A DNA stretch of 43,378 bases from Rhodocyclaceae bacterium. Lineage in GTDB: Bacteria > Pseudomonadota > Gammaproteobacteria > Burkholderiales > Rhodocyclaceae. Position numbers and translations under genes: made by a program. The notes under the pieces are model-generated. The model did not search any database and was not told the DNA's origin. It was given only the letters and a program-made list of their open reading frames with translations. The stretch lies in NCBI GenBank assembly GCA_016880655.1, contig JAEHDA010000051.1:1-43378 (forward strand). The letters run 5' to 3'. Shown here piece after piece: positions 39,001 through 43,378 of this stretch (position 1 is the stretch's first letter; each line of letters opens with the position of its first letter).

Positions 39001-39570
39001 TTCAGCAACGGCGTAGCGACCACAGCCACGCTCGTCTATGCCTTCAATGCCAAGATTACCGCGCCGCTGGAAGCGCCCGGTTCGGCGCCGCTCAAGTTGC
39101 GCGCCACGGATACGGATGCGGTGACATCCAGTGGCCACACCGAGGGCACGACAGCCATCCGCAGCGGCCGGCTGCGGCTCTCGAATGTCTACGGCTCGGT
39201 GGCGCCGCTCGACATGCCGGTCGAGCCGCAGTACTGGACCGGCAATTCCTGGACCAGGAACGGTAGCGACGGCTGCACGACGCTGGTCCCGGGCACCATT
39301 TCGCTGTCGCCGGCCGGTTGGGGCGTGGCCGTCGTGCCGGGCTTCATCAGGCTGACGCCGACCGGCGCCGGCAGTGTGTCCGTCTGTGCCGACCTTGCGG
39401 CCGACCCGGTCGGTGGCGTCGTGTGTTCGGCCGCCAGCGCCGCGTTGCCGTGGCTGCAATCGAAATGGCCGCCGGGCGCCAACCACGACAACGATCCCTC
39501 CGCCACGGCCACCTTCGGCGTGTTCAGTCCCGAGGGCCGGCGCGGCGTGTACAACCGGGAGATGTACTGA
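36100..39570 (+). CDS. mshQ: MshQ-like large secreted pilus-associated protein with LamG (concanavalin A-like lectin) domain
   Basis: Tracked ORF 35899..39570 trimmed to ATG 36100 (GTG 36145 is an alternative). Signal peptide ...LGCVAVLLCGLWLSAVPAHA/QT. LamG-like block at about 37150-37615 (GTIAFWYKS...NTWVHVAVSW...LRIFVNAG...VIDEVTVYNSALS). C-terminal Ig-like repeats. Confidence 0.75.
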   Translation: MSGWRGAWLAAAPAFVAGAGKRLGCVAVLLCGLWLSAVPAHAQTYQSASTPFSWVDPATHTRIGYNTPTYKFNGGGGCGSTPPVLDDTISDLIPIGFTFVYGTIGYTQLRIQTNGRLQFNNAECGYGTASVGPPQTYPYGYPVATMNNTMKVFGVDLDPTNRADSATYPTTCNGHANCYVKWASIGTAPNRQFVVTWFHVPEWVTSTNTSGSFDLQVILNEDGSFVYQYGTITHGGTGTAQVGWQLTTTDYAVLTFGASTEPPPNTSIVFFKPSAVANYRFDEGGWLPGAAGQVLDTTANARHGMSVGTAQTTAAGYVCRGANIPANTTGPAVDAVQTGVNVGTASLNLLGTGTIAFWYKSNSAWSGAAAQLIDATSVGGQWFYLAKKAGGTLYFGVTDSTGTFRSVETPVQTFAANTWVHVAVSWNFNGLAAANSDQLRIFVNAGTPTTSSFTSNGTVTTQAGLLYVGDNPVGIADTNGSVNSANGVIDEVTVYNSALSTAQVGAHKVGTHTCPTSNIHHLEIQSSGSGLTCAASPITIRACTNAPCSTLYTGGISGTLTATGTPVVISDTSSGGFPGSGFAIGLGSSSTVKYIQVASAGSVVLGIAGVNQAVPNATTCNFGSPACTFTANTAGFIYANASTGTSYTIPAQVSGTATAANAIYLRAVQALTTNPAVCTPAIISQSNVPVTLGYTCVDPATCQAGNLMTINSTAVPAGGGSVNLNFDANGSAPITIRYDDVGRITVDASKTVTPFGGATPVTLTGSSNGFVVAPASFAVTPAGPYVAGSPFNVTVAAKNALGGTTQNFGKESTTENVTLGRTLTAPAGGNNPALAGTTTLADAAFQTGNGVASTSAVQWGEVGDIAVTATLASGSYLGSGLTATGSGAAGPFKPAYFDTAAIEGCSAFTYSGQPFGVTVTAKNAAGTTTQNYKGAYARATTLADANSATNNSTTLGVLANTGITAATFSNGVATTATLVYAFNAKITAPLEAPGSAPLKLRATDTDAVTSSGHTEGTTAIRSGRLRLSNVYGSVAPLDMPVEPQYWTGNSWTRNGSDGCTTLVPGTISLSPAGWGVAVVPGFIRLTPTGAGSVSVCADLAADPVGGVVCSAASAALPWLQSKWPPGANHDNDPSATATFGVFSPEGRRGVYNREMY

Positions 39571-40046
39571 TGGCTGGCCGCCGCGCCAGCCAAGGCTTCA
39601 CGCTGATCGAACTCGTCACCATCATGATCCTGATCGGCATCCTCGCGGTGGTCGCCTTGCCCAATCTCGATCAGGCACAGGGCTTCGGCGCCGCCAGCTT
39701 CAATGACCGTGTCGCGGCCTCGCTGCGCTTCGCGCAAAAGTCAGCCGTGGCGAAACGCCGCATGGTGTGCGCGACGGTCGCTCCGGGCAGCCTGACACTG
39801 ACGGTTGCCACCGCGTTTGGCGATGCGGCCTGTCCCGGTGTGCTGGCTGGTCCGGACGGCGCGAACCCGGCGGCGGTGGCGCCGGCCAACGTCACGCTGA
39901 CCGCCGTGCCGGGCGGTCCGCTCTTCTTCCAGCCCTCGGGCGCGGTGACCAGCGATGCCGCCGGGGCTTCCCCCGCCACCTTCACGCTGACCGCGACCGG
40001 GCAGACGCCGATAACGGTCAATGGAGCGACCGGCTATGTCGATTAG
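39570..40046 (+). CDS. Pilin-like protein, GspH/FimT family (MshC-like)
   Basis: The ATG shares one base with the mshQ stop (TGATG). [31 protein letters not shown]. Confidence 0.75.
   Translation: MAGRRASQGFTLIELVTIMILIGILAVVALPNLDQAQGFGAASFNDRVAASLRFAQKSAVAKRRMVCATVAPGSLTLTVATAFGDAACPGVLAGPDGANPAAVAPANVTLTAVPGGPLFFQPSGAVTSDAAGASPATFTLTATGQTPITVNGATGYVD
39736..39759 (+). repeat. 24-nt word copy 9: AAAAGTCAGCCGTGGCGAAACGCC (22/24)
   Basis: Inside the GspH/FimT-like pilin gene, sense, in a third frame. The host reads (Q)KSAVAKR. Confidence 0.9.
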
Positions 40047-40497
40047 GTCGCGTCGCCGCGCGCGCGGCATGACGCTGATTGAGCTGATCCTGTCCATCGT
40101 CATCATCGGCGTCGGCCTTGCCGGCGTGCTGGTGGCGTTCAACCAGGCGGTGCTCCATTCCGCCGACCCGATGGTCAGGAAGCAGATGCTCGCCATCGCC
40201 GAGGAGATGATGGAGGAGATCAGCCTCAAGCCCTTTGCCGCCGCCGCCAACGCCGCACCGGCCGTTTGCGCGCGGGATACCTACAACGATGTTGCCGACT
40301 ACAACGGCTATGCCACTGCGGCCGGCATCTGCGACATCGACGGCGCGGCGATAGCTGCGCTGGCCACCTACAACGTCGCCGTCGCGGTGACTGTGGGAGC
40401 CTTGCCGAATGGAGTAGCCGCGTTGCGGGTCGTCGTTACGGTCACGCATGGCGGCGAGACGCTGACGCTGACCGGCTACCGCACGGGCTGGGCCTGA
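40036..40497 (+). CDS. Pilin-like protein (MshD-like)
   Basis: MSIRSRRRARG/MTLIELILSIVIIGVGLAG. ATG 40036 is preferred over ATG 40021. It overlaps the upstream gene by 11 nt. Confidence 0.7.
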   Translation: MSIRSRRRARGMTLIELILSIVIIGVGLAGVLVAFNQAVLHSADPMVRKQMLAIAEEMMEEISLKPFAAAANAAPAVCARDTYNDVADYNGYATAAGICDIDGAAIAALATYNVAVAVTVGALPNGVAALRVVVTVTHGGETLTLTGYRTGWA

Positions 40498-40500
40498 GCG

Positions 40501-41322
40501 ATGAACGGCACGCGCGGCTTCACGCTGATCGAACTGGTGGTGGTGATGATGATCACGGGCATCATGGCGGCCAGCATCGCCGTGTTCTTCGTGCCGGCCA
40601 TCAACGCCTATTTCGACGCTCGGCGGCGCGCGGAACTCACCGACACGGCCGACACCGCCTTGCGGCGCATGGGACGCGACGTGCGCCGCGCCGTGCCGAA
40701 CTCGATCCGCATTCCGAACACCCAATGCTTCGAATTGGTGCCGACCAAGGCCGGAGGCCTGTATCGTCGCGCCACCGACATCGTCAATGCCAATTCCAAT
40801 CCGCTCGACACGACGGCGGCGGATATCAGCTTCGACGTGCTGTCGCCGCTGGCGGCGGCGCCCGCGGCCGGCGACTTCGTGGTCATCGGCAACCAGAACG
40901 GCAACGACGTCTATACGGGAACGACGCGCGGCACCCTCAATGCCTGGGCGAGCCCGCCCGCCCCCGGCGGCGTGAATGTGGGCGACAGCCGCGTCACGCT
41001 GACGGCGGCAACCCAGTTCCCCGCCGGCTACGACGGCGGGCGTTTCCAGATCGTCGACGCAGCCGAGCAGAGCGTGTTCTACATCTGCGATGGCGCGGGG
41101 AACCTGCGCCGGTTGGTGCGCGCCTTCACCGCGGCGGCGCCGGCCGCTTGTCCGGCCGGCGGCGTGGTGCTGGCGAGCAATGTCTCCGCCTGCGAGTTCA
41201 TCTACAACCCGAACCAGGGCGCCACCCAGCAGTCGGGCTTCGTCTGGATGCGCATCGAACTGACCGCGGGCGGCGAGACCATGGCCCTGGCCAACGGCGT
41301 CCACGTGAGCAACGTGCCATGA
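40501..41322 (+). CDS. Pilin-like protein (MshO/PulJ-like, 273 aa)
   Basis: [24 protein letters not shown], a prepilin N-terminus with a large C-terminal domain. Confidence 0.7.
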   Translation: MNGTRGFTLIELVVVMMITGIMAASIAVFFVPAINAYFDARRRAELTDTADTALRRMGRDVRRAVPNSIRIPNTQCFELVPTKAGGLYRRATDIVNANSNPLDTTAADISFDVLSPLAAAPAAGDFVVIGNQNGNDVYTGTTRGTLNAWASPPAPGGVNVGDSRVTLTAATQFPAGYDGGRFQIVDAAEQSVFYICDGAGNLRRLVRAFTAAAPAACPAGGVVLASNVSACEFIYNPNQGATQQSGFVWMRIELTAGGETMALANGVHVSNVP

Positions 41323-41780
41323 AGCGACGCCAGAGCGGCCTCGGCGCCATCGCCGCCATCATGATCCTGGTGATACTGGGGACGTTGTCGGCGGCGATCA
41401 TCTCGTTTTCCACCGGCCAGCACATGGCCTCGGCACAGGACGTGCTGTCCTCGCGGGCCTGGCAGGTCGCCTCGGCGGGCACCGAGGGCGGGCTGTTCCG
41501 GGCCTTGCAGAATGCCACTTGCGATAGTCAGACGTGGGTGAGCGCCGACTATCCGGCGTTCAGGGTAACGGTCGACTGCACATCCCACGATTACAACGAC
41601 GGCGAAACGACGCCCGGCGTCGCCCGCGTGCTGCGGGTCTTCCGGGTGGTCGCCACCGCCTGCAACGTTCCCGCCGGAACCTGCCCGGACAACGCGGCGT
41701 CGGCGGGCGCGGGCTATGTCGAACGGCAGCGGATCGCCATCGCCCATTGCGAGTGGACGGGCGCGGCGTGCCTTCCGTAG
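41319..41780 (+). CDS. Pseudopilin-like protein lacking Phe1/Glu5 (MshP-like)
   Basis: ATGA overlap with the upstream gene. MKRRQSGLGAIAAIMILVILGTLSAAII has a hydrophobic N-terminal helix but no G/FTLxE motif. Four Cys in the C-terminal part. Confidence 0.6.
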   Translation: MKRRQSGLGAIAAIMILVILGTLSAAIISFSTGQHMASAQDVLSSRAWQVASAGTEGGLFRALQNATCDSQTWVSADYPAFRVTVDCTSHDYNDGETTPGVARVLRVFRVVATACNVPAGTCPDNAASAGAGYVERQRIAIAHCEWTGAACLP

Positions 41781-41815
41781 CGGCGAGCCGGCGAGGGAAA
41801 GAGGAACCACGGGAT

Positions 41816-41830
41816 TGGCACGGTATTTGG
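41816..41830 (+). promoter_or_regulatory. Sigma54-like element TGGCACG-N4-TTGG upstream of the PilM-like gene
   Basis: TGGCAC at 41816-21 and TTGG at 41827-30 have the correct -24/-12 spacing, but the -12 element reads GG instead of the conserved GC. Confidence 0.3.
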
Positions 41831-41920
41831 GGTTTCAAACCACGGTGTTTCCTTTATTAATGCTGGAATCGACCGCCGTGTTTCCGGCGGTGCGCTGACT
41901 TGGGATCGGGACGGGATCGT

Positions 41921-42844
41921 ATGTGGCCTTTCGGGCTGACTTCGCCGGGCGAAAATGAATGGACAGCGGTGGTCTTTTCCGGCCAGACGGTGCAGGTCGC
42001 GCGTATCCGCCGTCCGGCCGGCGAGCGGCCGGAACTGACCGGCTGGGAGACCTACCCGCGCGAGGGAACCGACCTCGATGTGGTGAAGCGGCTGCGGGCC
42101 GGCAAGCGGCTCGGCTCCGGGCGCTGCGTCCTGCTGCTGCCGCATGGCCAGTACCAGATGTTGCAGATCGAGGCGCCCGCGGTGGCCGCGGGAGAGCTGC
42201 GCAACGCCGTGCGCTGGAAGATCAAGGACATGGTCGATTTTCCGGTCGACGATGCGGGTATCGACTGCCTGCCGCCCATGGCCGGTGCGCGTGCCGCGCA
42301 GATCTATGTCGTGGCCGCCAGCCGCAGCGTGTTGCAGTCGTGGACCCGCCTGTTCCAGGATGCCAAGGCGCCGCTGCACGCCATCGACGTGCCCGAACTG
42401 GCGCAGCGCAACGTCGCCGCGCTGTTCGAGGACAAGAACCGCGGCCTGGCGCTGCTGTCGTTCGACGACGGCGGCGGGCGGCTGACCTTCACCTATCAGG
42501 GCGAACTCTACTTTTCGCGGCACATCGATGTCGCACCGGGCGAGATGACCGGCAGCGACACGGTTCTCTACGAGCGAGTGCTGCTCGACGTGCAGCGGAC
42601 GCTGGACAACGTCGACCGCAGCTACAGCGCCATCTCGATCACGCGGCTGCTGGTGTCGCCCCCGCCGGGGGCGGCGAAGTTCGTCGACTACCTGCGCGAA
42701 AACCTCTACCAGCCGGTCGAGACGCTCGACCTGTCCCGGCAGATCGATATCGCCAAGGTTCCCGGGCTGGCCAAACCGGCCGCGCAAGGCCCGGCATTGC
42801 TGGCCGTCGGCGCCGCGCTGCGCGGGGCGGAGGCGACGGCATGA
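41921..42844 (+). CDS. PilM-like pilus assembly protein (MshI-like)
   Basis: Tracked ORF 41900..42844, with ATG 41921 preferred. QMLQIEAPAVAAGELRNAVRWKIKDMVDFPVDD and LHAIDVPELAQRNV resemble the PilM/MshI N-terminal actin-like fold. Confidence 0.6.
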   Translation: MWPFGLTSPGENEWTAVVFSGQTVQVARIRRPAGERPELTGWETYPREGTDLDVVKRLRAGKRLGSGRCVLLLPHGQYQMLQIEAPAVAAGELRNAVRWKIKDMVDFPVDDAGIDCLPPMAGARAAQIYVVAASRSVLQSWTRLFQDAKAPLHAIDVPELAQRNVAALFEDKNRGLALLSFDDGGGRLTFTYQGELYFSRHIDVAPGEMTGSDTVLYERVLLDVQRTLDNVDRSYSAISITRLLVSPPPGAAKFVDYLRENLYQPVETLDLSRQIDIAKVPGLAKPAAQGPALLAVGAALRGAEATA

Positions 42845-43378
42845 GCCATCAGATCAACCTCTACGATCCCGCCCTGTTGCGCCATAGGAATTGGCTGACG
42901 GCGCCCAATCTCCTGTTCGCCGTGGTGTTGCTGGCGGTGCTATTGCTGGGATGGGGCGCCTGGGCACGCATCCAGGCGAGCGAGCTGGCGACCGAGGCCG
43001 CGACGCTGGACAGCCGGACCAAAAGCGCGCGCGAGGAATCGGTGGCGCTCGGCAGCCAGTTGGCCAGCCGCAAGCCGGACCCGAAACTCGAACTCGATCT
43101 GGCGGCGATGCGGGAACTGCTGGGCGTCCGGCAGGGAATCCTGGATGCGCTGGGGCAGGGTGGCGCGGAGGGTGCGCCCGAGCCCGTTCGCTACGCCGAC
43201 TATTTGCGCGGCCTGGCACGGCAGTCCGTCAGCGGACTCTGGATCACGGGCTTCTCGGTCGGCGCCGACGGCAGCCGCATGGAGATCCTCGGGCGTACGC
43301 TCGATCCGGCCTTGCTGCCCGAGTACATCCGTCGCCTGAATGCCGAGGCGGCATTCCGTGGCCATCGCTTTGCCGCGC
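42841..43378 (+). CDS. PilN-like pilus assembly protein (MshI2/MshJ-like); 3' end beyond the window
   Basis: Not in the ORF track (no stop). The ATG overlaps the upstream stop (ATGA). MSHQINLYDPALLRHRNWLTAPNLLFAVVLLAVLLLGWGAWARIQASELATEAATLD shows the INLY motif, one TM segment and a coiled coil, typical of PilN. Confidence 0.6.
   Translation, partial: MSHQINLYDPALLRHRNWLTAPNLLFAVVLLAVLLLGWGAWARIQASELATEAATLDSRTKSAREESVALGSQLASRKPDPKLELDLAAMRELLGVRQGILDALGQGGAEGAPEPVRYADYLRGLARQSVSGLWITGFSVGADGSRMEILGRTLDPALLPEYIRRLNAEAAFRGHRFAA

Noticed and set aside
41523-41546. Word-like sequence GATAGTCAGACGTGGGTGAGCGCC (17/24) in the MshP-like gene
   Set aside because: It falls below the level I consider distinguishable from chance, and the octamer is broken (ATAGTCAG).
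32008-42787. Long minus-strand ORFs across the pilus cluster (32008..33663, 33680..34504, 37453..39486, 40018..41304, 41714..42787) and plus-strand ORFs 36468..37295 and 37695..39266
   Set aside because: They are shadows of the plus-strand mshE, mshG, mshQ, pilin and PilM-like frames. They are Arg/Gly-rich without signatures.

Overview
This is a 43.4-kb, high-GC chromosomal segment. Gene content and synteny (gpmA / rhodanese-grxC-secB-gpsA / trmL; glyA-nrdR-ribD) look betaproteobacterial, possibly Rhodocyclales-like. That placement is inference only, since no search could be run. Coding density is very high and many genes are translationally coupled through ATGA or TGATG overlaps. Left to right, the window holds: (1) a glycogen cluster with two tandem GH57 hydrolases, glgC, divergent glgB, and glk nearby; (2) housekeeping genes thyA, an M17 aminopeptidase, a PilZ-domain protein, mog, yjgA and pmbA; (3) a cspA-infA cold-shock pair; (4) a TRAP transporter (dctP convergent with dctQM); (5) glyA-nrdR-ribD, moeB, ctpA, an M23 peptidase and gpmA; (6) an ArsR/BigR-like regulator with rhodanese, grxC, secB, an SH3 protein, gpsA and trmL; (7) from about 32.1 kb to the right edge, an MSHA-type type IV pilus cluster. 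That cluster has an MshE ATPase with a c-di-GMP-binding MshEN motif, an MshG platform protein, six pilin or pseudopilin genes, a 1156-aa MshQ-like LamG protein, and PilM/PilN-like assembly genes. Two genes that run off the window edges (1..1859 minus, 42841..43378 plus) are missing from the ORF track and were recovered by manual translation. Most long ORFs in the track are antisense or out-of-frame shadows typical of high-GC DNA. I saw no rRNA, tRNA, CRISPR array, transposase or integrase. The most unusual signal is not a gene. A 24-nt word, GAAAGTCAGCCGTGGCGACACGCC, occurs nine times at 20-24/24 identity inside unrelated genes. It appears in all three sense frames and all three antisense frames, 7 of 9 copies are on the + strand, and 3 of 9 lie in pilin genes. 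That pattern points to DNA-level selection, such as an uptake-signal-like or polarity word, rather than protein homology. All calls rest on reading the sequence and recalled family signatures; nothing was verified by BLAST or HMM.
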